DNA of 64,000 bases from an uncultured Gammaproteobacteria bacterium (GTDB lineage Bacteria; Patescibacteriota; Microgenomatia; Woykebacterales; RBG-16-39-9b), in contig CAYHXX010000004.1 of NCBI GenBank assembly GCA_964360785.1, forward strand, positions 5,568 through 69,567, written 5' to 3'. The first letter of the stretch is position 1. Each line of letters opens with the position of its first letter. The notes under the pieces are model-generated. The model was not told the DNA's origin. It ran no database searches and saw only the letters and a program-made list of their open reading frames with translations. Below, piece after piece: positions 43,678-54,690 of this stretch. The position numbers and the translations under genes were made by a program.

Positions 43678-44058
43678 ATGAAAACAAAAATAGAAACTTC
43701 TGAAGCGCCGGGTGCACCGGGACTTTTGTCACAGGCAGTTGTAAGTGGCGATACTATTTATGTAGCCGGTCAAATACACAACACTGCTGATGGCAAAATG
43801 GTTGAAGGTTCAACTGAAGAAAAAGTTCACCAGATAATGAAAAATTTCGCTGCAATTCTGAAAGCTGCCAATTCGGACTTTGCACACGTAGTCAAAGTCA
43901 ATATTTATGTTACTGATATGGCAGAACTTCCAAAACTCAACGAAGTCTACAAAACCTATTTCACCACTGAACCCTTGCCAGTGCGAGAAGCAGTCTGCGT
44001 GAAAGCCTTACCTCTCGGCGCGAATATTGAAATGAGCTGCATCGCCTCCAAAAGCTAA
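43678..44058 (+). CDS. RidA/YjgF family enamine deaminase
   Basis: AP...SQAV, AGQI, VVKV, NEVY..YF, P.R..V.V.ALP.GA.IE. Confidence 0.92.
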   Translation: MKTKIETSEAPGAPGLLSQAVVSGDTIYVAGQIHNTADGKMVEGSTEEKVHQIMKNFAAILKAANSDFAHVVKVNIYVTDMAELPKLNEVYKTYFTTEPLPVREAVCVKALPLGANIEMSCIASKS

Positions 44059-44129
44059 TTTTGCTTATTCAACTTCTTCTCACCAAAATGCTAGAATGAG
44101 AGCTAAAGTCTGGTTAATATACTTTGGCA

Positions 44130-44771
44130 ATGACTACAACAGAAGTTAACAATTTTTGCATAGAGAAAATTCTTCAACAAAAAGAGAGCCCACTTTTTAT
44201 TGCGATTACCGGCGACTCAGGAAGTGGGAAAAGTTATTTTTCATCTTTAATTAAAAATGAGTTTAAAAAAAGAAATTTGGCCTACACATATATCGATTTT
44301 GATGACTTTCTGATACCCCGCAAAGATCGCGAACCAATGAAAAATATGTACTATAAAGAGGGCGAATTTAAAGGAAAATCCTACTGGGAAATTTTGGAAA
44401 ATATGTTTTACTTAGACAAAATGAAAAAAGTTATTAGTGATCTTAGAGAAGGTAAGCCTTCTACTTACGTACCTTATTCTCGAGAAACCGGTGATATATC
44501 ACTAAAAGAAAAAACTGTAAATCCAGCAGATTACATAATTTTTGATACGTCAATGCTACTTAACCTAATGGACTTTGTAATTCTAGTTGACGTTACCAGG
44601 GAAAATATCATCAAGAGGAAATTAAAGAGAGATAGTGATGTTAGGACTCCTCATGAAATTATCGATATGCATAATAAAGTGCAAGGTTTTTATTGGGATA
44701 GAGCCAAACCAAGTAATCCCGATGTTACAATAGACAATAATGACGTTAATAATCCGAAAATTATTTCTTAA
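44130..44771 (+). CDS. uridine kinase-like P-loop kinase
   Basis: IAITGDSGSGKS, DDF, P.Y...TG, R...RD; AT-rich. Confidence 0.8.
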   Translation: MTTTEVNNFCIEKILQQKESPLFIAITGDSGSGKSYFSSLIKNEFKKRNLAYTYIDFDDFLIPRKDREPMKNMYYKEGEFKGKSYWEILENMFYLDKMKKVISDLREGKPSTYVPYSRETGDISLKEKTVNPADYIIFDTSMLLNLMDFVILVDVTRENIIKRKLKRDSDVRTPHEIIDMHNKVQGFYWDRAKPSNPDVTIDNNDVNNPKIIS

Positions 44772-44782
44772 AAACAAGCGAA

Positions 44783-45718
44783 ATGAAAACTAAATCTGGA
44801 AAAAATATTTCTAAAATTGGAATTGGTAGTTACGGAATTGGCGGTCGGGGTCATAGGGATATGAAAATTACTGAAAAGGATGAAGATGAAATATATATTG
44901 AGGCTCTTGTTCACACATTAAAAAAAGGGATTAATTTCACTGAAATTTCCCTTGGTTATGGTCAAGGGCAGGCACTTACTTTGTTCAAAAAAGCTTTTGA
45001 TAAAAGCGAGATTGCTCGAGAAGATCTGTTTATAACTAACTCTCTTTACCCTAGGGATTTGCCCTCAATCGATGTTATCAAAGAAGATATAGATAACTTT
45101 TATAAAATAATGGATACAGCTTATGCTGATTCCACACTTGTCGATCAGTCTTTGCTTACACTTTATGGAGAAGAGGAGATTTACAAAATTTTACAAAACC
45201 TCCTAACGACAGGTAAAACTAAATATGTCAGTATGTCAAACTCGAATTCTGAAGGCATACGAAGATACAAAAAGGAATTTGGCGACAAGTTTGTTGCTCA
45301 CGAGGGCCACCTGAGTTTTGAAATACGAGAAGTGCAAGATGCTGGCATTTTCGAGTTGTGCAAAGAGCTAGGAATAGAGAACATTATCTGGAGACCTTTG
45401 CGGCGAGGCTTAACTTTCCAACACAGTTGGCCCTTACTTGTTGAACTTTCCAAAAAATATCAAAAAACCCAAGATCAGATAATTCTAAATTGGATTTGTA
45501 ACCTAGGTTACCACCCTATGGTTATGTCTAAAAATAAAGGCCATATCGATGAAAATTTCTCCTCAACCGATTTTGAAATGTCAAAGAATGATTATAAGCG
45601 GATGACTGACTGGCGGCCGCAAAACTATCATCCACCGAAAATTGATTGGGAAAAAGATGGGCAAGGAGCAGTAATTGTTGATTTGGCGAAGGATTTTGAA
45701 AAACATTCAAGAAGCTAA
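44783..45718 (+). CDS. aldo/keto reductase family protein
   Basis: IG.G..GIGG, YG.G, REDLFIT, G.TKY...SN, PL.RG, QI.L.W, HI.EN. Confidence 0.85.
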   Translation: MKTKSGKNISKIGIGSYGIGGRGHRDMKITEKDEDEIYIEALVHTLKKGINFTEISLGYGQGQALTLFKKAFDKSEIAREDLFITNSLYPRDLPSIDVIKEDIDNFYKIMDTAYADSTLVDQSLLTLYGEEEIYKILQNLLTTGKTKYVSMSNSNSEGIRRYKKEFGDKFVAHEGHLSFEIREVQDAGIFELCKELGIENIIWRPLRRGLTFQHSWPLLVELSKKYQKTQDQIILNWICNLGYHPMVMSKNKGHIDENFSSTDFEMSKNDYKRMTDWRPQNYHPPKIDWEKDGQGAVIVDLAKDFEKHSRS

Positions 45719-45761
45719 ATTTTAGGGAAGGAAAAAGCTACAATCTTTCAAATTAAGAGAT

Positions 45762-46613
45762 TTACCCAGGAATTGGATCGGTGGTTATACAGCCGGGGGT
45801 AGCAAGAGTCTCATCGTACAAACTAGCATCACCCACATAAGTTTCCCAATTTTTCATCAGATCTTGAAGTTTTGTAGTTATCTGCTGTTTGACTGAAGGG
45901 TCGAGATAGAGAAACGGGCAGACGTGCTCTGGTTGACTGCCGCCGCCATTGAGAATCCCAATTTTGACTGTTCCGTATCCAGCTGGAACACTCTTGTCGA
46001 AATCACTCACCTCCGCCACCACTTGTCCAGCTTTGACCTTGTCACCAACTTTGACAACCGGGTTGAGGACATGCTCGGTTTCGAACATCCATTTCTGCAT
46101 CTGGCCATCACTACTGACCATAACCGAGTAATCTCCACTCCAAACTTTTTCGATTCTGGCGACGACCCCGTCCACCAGGGCGAGCACTTTGGTTCCACTC
46201 GGAACCACGAAAGTTGGCTGCGGGTTGGCTTTATCCTTTCCACTAGTAGTACTATTTCCCGGAATGACGAATCCATAGGGCATAAAGACTCGGTTGAACT
46301 GCAGCTTTTTCTTGGTGAAAAGAAAATCTCCGGCTTTGTTGGTAGCAGCGTCGTAGTAGTCGAGGTTGACGCCGATGGATTTGAGTTTCAAGTTTGGCGC
46401 GTTCGTGTCGACTGGTTCTTGCTGAGTATTTTCAGTAGTTACTGAAGAAGACGCGGAGTTTTTTGAATCTTGGGAAGCAGTTTGGGTTTTTGGTTTTGTG
46501 GCGAACAAAAAGGCAACTATCAGACCAAGGAAAATTATTAATAAAATTAAAATCACCCACCAGTATTTTTTTAGGTTAGCAAATTTGTTCGCAGTTGTCT
46601 CAAGTGAGGGCAT
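45762..46613 (-). CDS. membrane-anchored M23 peptidase-like (barrel-sandwich hybrid) protein
   Basis: GT.V.A..DG.V, V.VGD.VKAGQ.VA; canonical HxxxD/HxH not evident. Confidence 0.7.
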   Translation of the reverse strand: MPSLETTANKFANLKKYWWVILILLIIFLGLIVAFLFATKPKTQTASQDSKNSASSSVTTENTQQEPVDTNAPNLKLKSIGVNLDYYDAATNKAGDFLFTKKKLQFNRVFMPYGFVIPGNSTTSGKDKANPQPTFVVPSGTKVLALVDGVVARIEKVWSGDYSVMVSSDGQMQKWMFETEHVLNPVVKVGDKVKAGQVVAEVSDFDKSVPAGYGTVKIGILNGGGSQPEHVCPFLYLDPSVKQQITTKLQDLMKNWETYVGDASLYDETLATPGCITTDPIPG

Positions 46614-46828
46614 TAACTCAATTATAGCAGAAATTCTTTAGCCCAAGTTTCCGCTAGTTCGATTTCACTTTTTCCCAACAAAAAACCCCGATTTAGTCGG
46701 GGTTACTTGTCCTAAGAAAACCTCCGCTAGATCAGCGGATTGGAGATTTGCTTGGGGATCGAGGCGTAACTGGCGGTTACGTCTCGGTGGATCTCTCATA
46801 ACTTTTTCCTTTCCTGGTTGCGGACTGG

Positions 46829-47149
46829 TTACTGCTGATTCACTAAGGTGCGCAGCTTGTCAGCGTACAGGAAGCTGTAGATCCCCACCATCGCTGTTGC
46901 GATGAGTGGCGGACAGAACAATTCGAAGTACACGTTCTTATCCCCGAGGACCAAGGGCCAAGGGGCGGCTAACATTGACCCAGCCAGGATGAGTAACCAG
47001 ACCAGTGGATGGAGCTTTGCTGCCCACTCTCTGGCCGGTGAGAACTTGAAGTCCTTGTCGAGAAAGGCGATGCACATGTAGATCACGAAAAACACCGAGA
47101 TCTCGAAACCCAAAAGGGCCAGCACCGTGTTGTGTACCAAATCCTCCAT
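46829..47149 (-). CDS. hypothetical three-TM membrane protein
   Basis: GAGGAGG RBS; hydrophobic segments. Confidence 0.7.
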   Translation of the reverse strand: MEDLVHNTVLALLGFEISVFFVIYMCIAFLDKDFKFSPAREWAAKLHPLVWLLILAGSMLAAPWPLVLGDKNVYFELFCPPLIATAMVGIYSFLYADKLRTLVNQQ

Positions 47150-47172
47150 AATTCCTCCTCGGCTTTCGCCGT

Positions 47173-47448
47173 TTAGAGCCCTTCCATTCGATATTGCGGG
47201 CTCGGTCCCAATTCCTTCTTTTCTACAGCGTCAGGCGGTGGATCCACCAACTTCCAGCGTGTATCACCGCCAGCGTAATCGCTGTCCTGGTCAACGTAAC
47301 CTCGTGGGTCAAGTGCATTGTTCAGCGATTGGACCACACCGTTCACACTGAGGCATGTTCGGGTTGCAATCTCTCGCGCAGTGCCCGCTCCTCCCAGCTC
47401 ATGCAGAGCTTGGAGTATGGTCCTTTGGATGGGCTTTAGGCTTGGCAT
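47173..47448 (-). CDS. winged-helix DNA-binding protein
   Basis: IL.AL.ELGG.GT..EIA....LS.NGV.QSL...G.V...W.L; AAGGAG RBS. Confidence 0.75.
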   Translation of the reverse strand: MPSLKPIQRTILQALHELGGAGTAREIATRTCLSVNGVVQSLNNALDPRGYVDQDSDYAGGDTRWKLVDPPPDAVEKKELGPSPQYRMEGL

Positions 47449-47598
47449 GGCCGCTCCTTACCGAATGCCTGGTTTAGCTTATCAACATTATACTTCGGTT
47501 ATACAAATTTTGAGAAATAAGTCGGGGAAAAAGAGAAGAGCCCCCGCCGTAATGAGGGAGGGGCTCTTGGTTGTGCCGTCACGTCGAGGAGCATTGGG

Positions 47599-48108
47599 TT
47601 AGCTTGCGGCCGCGTCGTTGCTCGTGGCGTCCGCCTGTTCCTCGCTGATCGGCAGGATGTCAGGCGAGTTCTTGTCCTCCTGAATCTCCTTCATCCTGTC
47701 CTTGCAGATTCCTGCCACCGCGCTCCAGATCCACCTGGAGATCACCTCGTCGAGGTGCGATAAGAGGCCGGAAACCGCGGCAGCGAGCTCATCCTGCACG
47801 AAGCCGCCGGCGAAGCGGGCGTCTCCGCCTTCGAGGATCCACGGCGCCTCATTGACGATATAGCTGGACGATTGGCCCGTGCGATGACATAGTTCGGCCT
47901 TCGCGCGGGCGATCTCGTCGTACTTGTGCGCCCAGCTCTCCTTGGGGTCCACGGCGATAGTGGTCTCGTAGAGATGAAACGACGGTTCGATCACCACGAT
48001 GTGGAGGTTCCTCCTGCCGCCGCCGAGCTCCGCGAGGAGCGCGTCGATCGAAGGGCGAACCAAGGCGACGGCCTGGTCGAAGACTTCCTGGGTAACCAGA
48101 AACGACAT
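47599..48108 (-). CDS. GlcG/HbpS-like (heme-binding fold) protein
   Basis: IA.AKA....RTG.SS, F.GG...., VSGL...D..I. Confidence 0.65.
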   Translation of the reverse strand: MSFLVTQEVFDQAVALVRPSIDALLAELGGGRRNLHIVVIEPSFHLYETTIAVDPKESWAHKYDEIARAKAELCHRTGQSSSYIVNEAPWILEGGDARFAGGFVQDELAAAVSGLLSHLDEVISRWIWSAVAGICKDRMKEIQEDKNSPDILPISEEQADATSNDAAAS

Positions 48109-48306
48109 GGGTTTACTCTCCCTTTTCTAACTCAACCTGTCCAAACTTATGGACAAGGATTTACGAGTAAAATCATGCTTGATTATAGCAGAAAAAGAGA
48201 AGTATGTAAATACTATAAGATAGTTACCGGCCTCATTACTCTTTCTTCCTATTTTTATCAGATGATAGGAGAACTATTGGTTCCGCACTAAGAAGTGTTA
48301 ATTGAA

Positions 48307-48927
48307 CTATTTCTTTGCAGTTCTAAGTCGCCAGATCAAAGCAATGATCGGAAGTGTAAAAAACATCAGCACTTGAACATAGGTTTCCGGTGGACGGGGA
48401 AGATATTCTCCAATGGTTGGTAATTTACTCAAGTCAAATATTTGCGTCGGTGGGGCTTGTACCAAATGCATTGAGTATTCTTGCAATAACTTAGGTAGGA
48501 GTATTGCTGCTATCACAACTGCAGCCACCTTTTTATTAATAAATAAATCCTCTTTTCTAAACTTTTTGTATATTAAGTAAAATATAAAGAAATTCTCAAA
48601 GAAATTTGGGAAAAAGAACAATAAACCTCGAAAGTTTAAAATAATTGCGAGAAAAACTCCGATAAACCGATAGTAAAAAGAGAATAGTGCCACTTTCTTG
48701 GCGAGAACATCTTTCCAAGAAAGACAAGTGTAGGCAGCGATGGCTAGATAAAAAGTATCTAGGATCTTATCCCAAGTCTGATAATGACTCATATAAACCC
48801 CTGTTTGGCTGAGGTAGAAATAATCGCTGAGATCCAAATAAGATGAAAGTAATACACCAAAAAGCGGCCAGCGGAGGATTGAAAGAGGAACTGTCAGTCG
48901 TAAAATCGTCCAAATAATCCAAATCAT
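48307..48927 (-). CDS. hypothetical multi-pass membrane protein
   Basis: LD..D, YQ.WDK.LD..YL, FFFPN.FE motifs; AAGGAAGG RBS. Confidence 0.75.
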   Translation of the reverse strand: MIWIIWTILRLTVPLSILRWPLFGVLLSSYLDLSDYFYLSQTGVYMSHYQTWDKILDTFYLAIAAYTCLSWKDVLAKKVALFSFYYRFIGVFLAIILNFRGLLFFFPNFFENFFIFYLIYKKFRKEDLFINKKVAAVVIAAILLPKLLQEYSMHLVQAPPTQIFDLSKLPTIGEYLPRPPETYVQVLMFFTLPIIALIWRLRTAKK

Positions 48928-49012
48928 GATTACCTTCCTTTGCCAATATAAATTAGAAAGGGCCTTAGAACAATAAGGAGTTTGCTTGACTTAGTTTTAG
49001 GAAACAATGTAA

Positions 49013-49035
49013 TATATCCCTATAAGGGGGATATA
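49013..49035 (+). promoter_or_regulatory. CsoR operator overlapping the promoter
   Basis: tatatccc-tataagg-gggatata palindrome with C/G tracts; TTGACT at 48986. Confidence 0.75.
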
Positions 49036-49039
49036 ATTT

Positions 49040-49312
49040 ATGGCATACCGACCAAGGAACACACAAGAAAGAATTCTTCACCGGCTAAAAATAGTCCAAG
49101 GACATCTCAAAAAAGTTATAAATATGGTTGAAGAAGACGATTATTGTATTGATATTCTCCACCAAACCCAAGCAATCGAAAAGGCTTTAAAAGAAGCCGA
49201 CAACTTAATGCTTGAGAACCATCTGCAATCCTGTGTTTCTGATGCGATCAAAGGAGGTCGGAAGAGCGAAGCAATTGCGGAGGTCATTGAAGTATTTCGT
49301 AAAGCGCAATAA
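49040..49312 (+). CDS. csoR: copper-sensing repressor CsoR
   Basis: RL....GH....MVE.D.YC.DIL.Q...LENHL..CV. Confidence 0.92.
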   Translation: MAYRPRNTQERILHRLKIVQGHLKKVINMVEEDDYCIDILHQTQAIEKALKEADNLMLENHLQSCVSDAIKGGRKSEAIAEVIEVFRKAQ

Positions 49313-49316
49313 TTTT

Positions 49317-49679
49317 ATGACAATAGATAAAATTTTAGTCATCTTTTTTAGTATCGCAGGAATCGGTTTCACCTATTGGTTTTTTCTGAGGAAGGGTGAG
49401 AAAGAAGTCGTCGTAGCCTTGAATTCAATTGATATTTATGTCGATGGTGGTTATCAACCGGAAGTTATTTCGATAGCAAAGGGTAAAACAACCAAAATTA
49501 ATTTTCTACGAAAAGATTCGTCAGCTTGTTTGGAAGAAGTCGTCCTATCAGATTTCAAAATCCGCAAATATTTGCCTTTAAACCAAAAAGTAACTGTTGA
49601 AGTTACTCCGCCAAAACAAGGAATGTTTGATATTTCCTGCGGGATGAACATGTTTCACGGAAAGATCAAGGTAAACTAA
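49317..49679 (+). CDS. membrane-anchored cupredoxin-domain protein (CupA-like)
   Basis: V.GGY.P..I, CL..V, CGMNMFHG. Confidence 0.88.
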   Translation: MTIDKILVIFFSIAGIGFTYWFFLRKGEKEVVVALNSIDIYVDGGYQPEVISIAKGKTTKINFLRKDSSACLEEVVLSDFKIRKYLPLNQKVTVEVTPPKQGMFDISCGMNMFHGKIKVN

Positions 49680-51920
49680 ATGGCAGAAACTAAACAAACT
49701 TATGCAATCAAAGGTATGCACTGTGCCTCCTGTGTCGGAGTGCTAGAAAAATCGCTTAAGAGAACTTCTGGAATTAAAGAAGCCGTAGTAAATCTAGCTA
49801 CCGAAAAGGCAACTGTCACTTTTGATCCAGATATTTGTAGTGAAGACCAAATAGCTTCCGCAGTCGCGAATGTCGGCTACAAAGTGGTTACAGGTAAGGA
49901 AGCTACTTCTGTTGATCAGGAAAAAGCGGAAAAAGCCAAAGAGTTAAAGGATTTACGCAATAAAGTTGTGGTTAGTCTATTCTTAGGAGCGTTAATTTTG
50001 TGGGGGAGTTTCCCTGGATTAATCAATACTGCTCCGGAATTTTTAAAAAACTTTTGGGTTCAACTAATACTCGCTACTCCGGTACAGTTTTGGGCAGCTC
50101 TTGGTTTTTACAAGGCAACTATTCCCGCCCTGAAACACCGAACTGCCAATATGGATACTTTGGTTGCACTCGGTACAACGGTCGCTTACGGGTATTCCGC
50201 TTTTGTGACAATCTTTCCTAGTGTAATTATGAATTTAGAAATTGAGGCCATGCCGTACTTTGATGTAGCGACTCTTGTTATTGGTTTGATCCTACTTGGT
50301 CGTTATTTCGAGGCCAAAGCCAAAGCCGGAACCAGCGAAGCAATCAAAAAATTAATCGGCATGCAGGCCAAGACAGCTCGAGTTTTACGTGATGGCAAAG
50401 AAATCGATATTCCGATTGAAAAGGTTGTCATCGGGGATGCGATTAGAGTTCGACCAGGTGAGAAGATTCCGGTTGATGGGCAAATTTTGGAAGGAGAATC
50501 TAGTGTTGACGAGTCCATGTTAACCGGTGAGAGCATTCCGGTGGATAAATCCAAAGGCGACAGCGTTGTCGGAGCGACCCTGAATAAAACCGGGACCTTC
50601 ACTTACCGAGCCACCAAAATCGGTCAGGATACAATGCTTGCCCAAATTATAAAACTTGTCTCTGAAGCTCAAGGGTCTAAGGCCCCGATTCAACGAGTTG
50701 CCGATCTGATCTCTTCGTACTTCGTCCCAATTGTTATCATGCTGGCATTTGCTACTTTTGGAGTCTGGTACGTTTTTGGTTCTTCGCCAGCTGGCGAACC
50801 AAGTTTAGTTTTTGCTTTGCTCAATACTGTTGCGGTTCTCATCATTGCTTGTCCTTGTGCCATGGGTTTGGCGACGCCAACTGCGATCATGGTGGGAACT
50901 GGCATTGGTGCTGAGCACGGAATTTTGATAAAAGACGCCGAAAGTTTGGAGATTGCCCACAAAGTTAAGACCATTATTTTTGACAAAACCGGGACTTTGA
51001 CCAAAGGTAGCCCTGAAGTTACAGACATTATTCCAGCGGGCAAATTATCAGAGGATGAAGTTTTAAAAATTGCGGCTTCGATCGAGAAAGGTTCGGAACA
51101 CTCATTAGCGGAAGCAATTGTTAAACATGCGGAGACGAAAAAAATTGATCTGGAAAAAGTTAGCGCCTTTAAAGCAATCGCTGGTCACGGAGTTGAAGGA
51201 AAGGTTGAAGAAAAGCAAGTTTATCTTGGTAATAGAAAGTTAATGGATCGAGAAAAGATTAATTATCGAACTTACTTAACTCAAATTGAAAAGTTAGAGA
51301 CCGAAGGCAAAACAGTTATGTTACTTGCAGTTGACCGAAATCTAGTTGGGTTAGTTGCGGTTGCCGATACGGTTAAGGAGAGTGCAAAAGCAGGAGTAGA
51401 ACCTTTGCAGAAAAAGGGAATCGAGGTGGTCATGATCAGTGGTGATAATCAAAGAACAGCAAATGCAATAGCTGAAAAATTAGGAATTAAAAGGGTTTTG
51501 GCTGAAGTATTGCCAGACCAGAAAGAAGCGGAAGTGAGAAAAATCCAAGCCGAGGGAAAAATAGTTGCCATGGTCGGTGATGGTATCAATGACGCCCCCG
51601 CCCTTGCTGCCGCCGATGTTGGCATCGCGATGGGTTCAGGAACTGATGTGGCGATTGAAGCAGCTGACATTACTTTGATTAACAAAGATTTAAAATCAGT
51701 GGCTAGTGCAATTGAGCTTTCCCGCAAAACCATGCGGACAATCAAAATGAATCTCTTTTGGGCATTTGGTTATAATGTTGTTTTGATACCGGTCGCTATG
51801 GGAGCGCTTTACCCATTTTGGGGTTTACTGCTCAACCCAATTTTTGCCTCAATGGCAATGGCGTTGAGTTCAATTTCAGTGGTTAGCAACTCTTTATTGC
51901 TGAGAAAGGCTAAGATATGA
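49680..51920 (+). CDS. copA: copper-translocating P1B-type ATPase
   Basis: GMHCASC, TGES, CPC, DKTGT, HSL, GDGIND, YN...P, MALSS. Confidence 0.97.
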   Translation: MAETKQTYAIKGMHCASCVGVLEKSLKRTSGIKEAVVNLATEKATVTFDPDICSEDQIASAVANVGYKVVTGKEATSVDQEKAEKAKELKDLRNKVVVSLFLGALILWGSFPGLINTAPEFLKNFWVQLILATPVQFWAALGFYKATIPALKHRTANMDTLVALGTTVAYGYSAFVTIFPSVIMNLEIEAMPYFDVATLVIGLILLGRYFEAKAKAGTSEAIKKLIGMQAKTARVLRDGKEIDIPIEKVVIGDAIRVRPGEKIPVDGQILEGESSVDESMLTGESIPVDKSKGDSVVGATLNKTGTFTYRATKIGQDTMLAQIIKLVSEAQGSKAPIQRVADLISSYFVPIVIMLAFATFGVWYVFGSSPAGEPSLVFALLNTVAVLIIACPCAMGLATPTAIMVGTGIGAEHGILIKDAESLEIAHKVKTIIFDKTGTLTKGSPEVTDIIPAGKLSEDEVLKIAASIEKGSEHSLAEAIVKHAETKKIDLEKVSAFKAIAGHGVEGKVEEKQVYLGNRKLMDREKINYRTYLTQIEKLETEGKTVMLLAVDRNLVGLVAVADTVKESAKAGVEPLQKKGIEVVMISGDNQRTANAIAEKLGIKRVLAEVLPDQKEAEVRKIQAEGKIVAMVGDGINDAPALAAADVGIAMGSGTDVAIEAADITLINKDLKSVASAIELSRKTMRTIKMNLFWAFGYNVVLIPVAMGALYPFWGLLLNPIFASMAMALSSISVVSNSLLLRKAKI

Positions 51921-52960
51921 ATCTTTGGGTAATATTTCTAACTGGGTTGACGGTCGGAGGTTTGACTTGTTTAGCAGTTCAGGGCGGACTTTTGGCCTCG
52001 GTTATTGCTGCCAGAGAAGAAGAGGTTGGTAGCAATATCAAGAAACACGCTCTTTACGCGACAGGAGTTTTTCTAGTTTTTAAGCTTTTTTCATACACTG
52101 TTTTAGGATTTATTCTCGGTGCCTTTGGCGGCGCGCTGAATATTAGTAGTAGTGTGCAGACATTCATGCAACTTTTGGCTGGGATTTATATGATTCTTGT
52201 GGCAATGAATTTGCTCAATATTCACCCGATTTTTCGCTACGCTATTATTCAACCGCCACGGTTTTTAACACGATTGGTAAAAAACCAGTCAAAATCCAAA
52301 GACATCTTTGCGCCGGCCTTTTTGGGTGCAATGACAATTTTTATTCCTTGTGGGACAACTTTGGCAATGGAGGCCCTGGCGATTAGTAGTGCTAATGCTT
52401 TTGTTGGCGCTGGAGTGATGGCAGCGTTTATTTTGGGAACAATGCCTTTGTTTTTTGGAGTTGGAGCGGTTACTTCTTTTATGGGAGAAGCCTTTAAAAC
52501 AAAATTCTTTAAACTAGCCGCGGTAGCAGTGATTTACCTTGGTGTGACCTCTATTAACGGAGCTTTGGTTTCAATGGATTCTCCGTTCACATTTCAAAAA
52601 TTAGCGGAGAAATTCCCGGTTTCGCTCAGTATCGGGGGAGCAGTTTCGGAAAATGAACAGCAACCCGAAGCGACTCAAAGTAGTGAAATTGTTACTAGCC
52701 AGGATGTGCAGATCAACATAACTTTCCAAGGTTATAGCCCAAACTATTTTCGGGTAAAAAAGGGTGAACCGGTAAAGCTGACTTTAAAAAGTGATGGCGC
52801 CTTTAGTTGTGCCTCGGCCTTCCGTATCCCGTCCCTCGGGATAAGCAAGAACCTGACGCCAAATGATACAGAGGTGATTACCTTTACGCCTGACAAAGCT
52901 GGTAAGATCCAATTCAACTGCTCAATGGGAATGTATCGCGGAATCATTGAGGTAATATGA
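51917..52960 (+). CDS. DsbD_2/TauE-like membrane protein with C-terminal cupredoxin domain
   Basis: [22 protein letters not shown]. Confidence 0.85.
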   Translation: MNLWVIFLTGLTVGGLTCLAVQGGLLASVIAAREEEVGSNIKKHALYATGVFLVFKLFSYTVLGFILGAFGGALNISSSVQTFMQLLAGIYMILVAMNLLNIHPIFRYAIIQPPRFLTRLVKNQSKSKDIFAPAFLGAMTIFIPCGTTLAMEALAISSANAFVGAGVMAAFILGTMPLFFGVGAVTSFMGEAFKTKFFKLAAVAVIYLGVTSINGALVSMDSPFTFQKLAEKFPVSLSIGGAVSENEQQPEATQSSEIVTSQDVQINITFQGYSPNYFRVKKGEPVKLTLKSDGAFSCASAFRIPSLGISKNLTPNDTEVITFTPDKAGKIQFNCSMGMYRGIIEVI

Positions 52961-53184
52961 GTACTTTTGTCAAAGAAAAACTAAAAATTTCTGGTATGCA
53001 CTGTACTTCTTGTGCAATGAATATTGATTTTGATTTGGAAGATCTTGATGGGGTAAGTTCAGCAAAAACAAACTATGCAAGAGAGGAAACCGAGGTTGAG
53101 TTTGATCCCGAAAAACTACAGCTAGAAGAGATTTTAAAACAAATCCAGAAAACCGGTTATAAAGCCACTGCGATTACACAATAA
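52957..53184 (+). CDS. copZ: copper chaperone (HMA domain)
   Basis: GMHCTSC; GY near the C-terminus. Confidence 0.9.
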   Translation: MSTFVKEKLKISGMHCTSCAMNIDFDLEDLDGVSSAKTNYAREETEVEFDPEKLQLEEILKQIQKTGYKATAITQ

Positions 53185-53224
53185 ATCTGTTCGAACTTTA
53201 AAAGCCCTTTTGGAATTTAAGCCT

Positions 53225-54496
53225 TTACTCAACGAACGTCAGCGCGATTCCTTTTTTGTCAGCACGGCCGGTTCTACCGATTCGGTGAATGTAGTCCTCG
53301 TAAGTTCCAGGTAGGTCGTAGTTGATAACGTGAGATACATTATCTATATCTAGTCCGCGACTAGCTACATCCGTAGCCAGAAGAATCTGGATATTGTTTT
53401 GTTTGAAACTCTGCAAGATTCTTTGGCGCTGACCTTGGGTTCTATTTCCATGAATTGCCCCGACATTAAAGCCGCGTTCGGTTAGTTGTTTATTTAGTTT
53501 TTCAATCCCGTGTTTGGTACGGCCGAAAATCATGACTTTATTAAATTCGTCCTGGTTTAGCAGATCATGAAGTTGGTCGACCTTTTTAGTTCTATCGACG
53601 ACTCGGACAATATCTTGATCTACATTTTCTGATGTGGGTTGCTGTTGCACCGAGACAGTTACCGGATCTTTGACGAAATCTCGCAGTATTTCCTGAACTT
53701 TAGAAGGAACAGTGGCTGAGAAGAAAAGAGACTGTCTTGGGGTAGGAAGTAGGGAGACAAAGAACTTGATATCGTTGATAAAACCAATGTCGACCATCAG
53801 GTCAACCTCATCGAGAACAATGTTTCGAAAATCAGTCAGGCGCAGTTGTTTCTGCTCGATCAAATCTTTAAGACGTCCGGGTGTTCCAATGACTACATTT
53901 GGATTTCGGCGCAGATCAAAAACCTGTTTTCTGGAACTTGCTCCACCAATAATCAGTGCAGAAAATATTCTCATGCCAAAGGCGAACTCTCTAAACTCAT
54001 CGTTGATTTGGCCGGCTAGTTCGCGAGTAGGGGTTACGATCAGAACTTTTTCGTTGCGGTTCCTGTAAATTTTCTCTAGTAGTGGAATCAAGAAAGCAGC
54101 AGTTTTTCCAGTACCAGTGTTGGCAATTCCGATCAAGTCTCTACCATCGAGAATCGGCTGAATTGCTTTGTCCTGAATTGGAGTTGGGTGAGTATAGCCC
54201 TTTTTTGAAATGTTTTGATGCAAAGGCTGTACCAGATTGAAATCATTAAATGAGTTATGCGGTGTGTAGCTTTCTGATGGGGAGGTCTCAGAGGCTTTCT
54301 TAATAAAAAGGTTTACATCACGGTTGCCAAGTTTTCCTTTAATGTTGGCTGGCCCGCTTTGAGGACGGTTGCCGAATCTGTTCTGATTGCTATTTTGAGA
54401 ATGATTAAAACCACCACCATTGGTGGGACGTCCGAAGCGGTTACGGTTGCCACGAAAACCACTATTTTTAAAGCCCGACTTGTTGGGTTGAAACAT
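53225..54496 (-). CDS. DEAD-box RNA helicase with N/G/R-rich N-terminus
   Basis: PTPIQ, TGTGKT, PTRELA, TPGRL, DEVD, SAT, RGLD, HRIGRTGR. Confidence 0.95.
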   Translation of the reverse strand: MFQPNKSGFKNSGFRGNRNRFGRPTNGGGFNHSQNSNQNRFGNRPQSGPANIKGKLGNRDVNLFIKKASETSPSESYTPHNSFNDFNLVQPLHQNISKKGYTHPTPIQDKAIQPILDGRDLIGIANTGTGKTAAFLIPLLEKIYRNRNEKVLIVTPTRELAGQINDEFREFAFGMRIFSALIIGGASSRKQVFDLRRNPNVVIGTPGRLKDLIEQKQLRLTDFRNIVLDEVDLMVDIGFINDIKFFVSLLPTPRQSLFFSATVPSKVQEILRDFVKDPVTVSVQQQPTSENVDQDIVRVVDRTKKVDQLHDLLNQDEFNKVMIFGRTKHGIEKLNKQLTERGFNVGAIHGNRTQGQRQRILQSFKQNNIQILLATDVASRGLDIDNVSHVINYDLPGTYEDYIHRIGRTGRADKKGIALTFVE

Positions 54497-54690
54497 AATT
54501 TTTTTGAAAGAGAAGCTAAGAAAAAAATTAAAGGTTAATCTTAGGAGCTAGTATCAAAGATAACCCTTAACCGCATAAATTGCAGTAGTGAAAGGAAAGA
54601 ATCGTTGTTCAGCTCGAATTCTAATTCAAAGGGAGTATAACACAGTTTTGGAAAAAAAGCAAAATACTATAAGTTGTAGAGTAGTTATTT

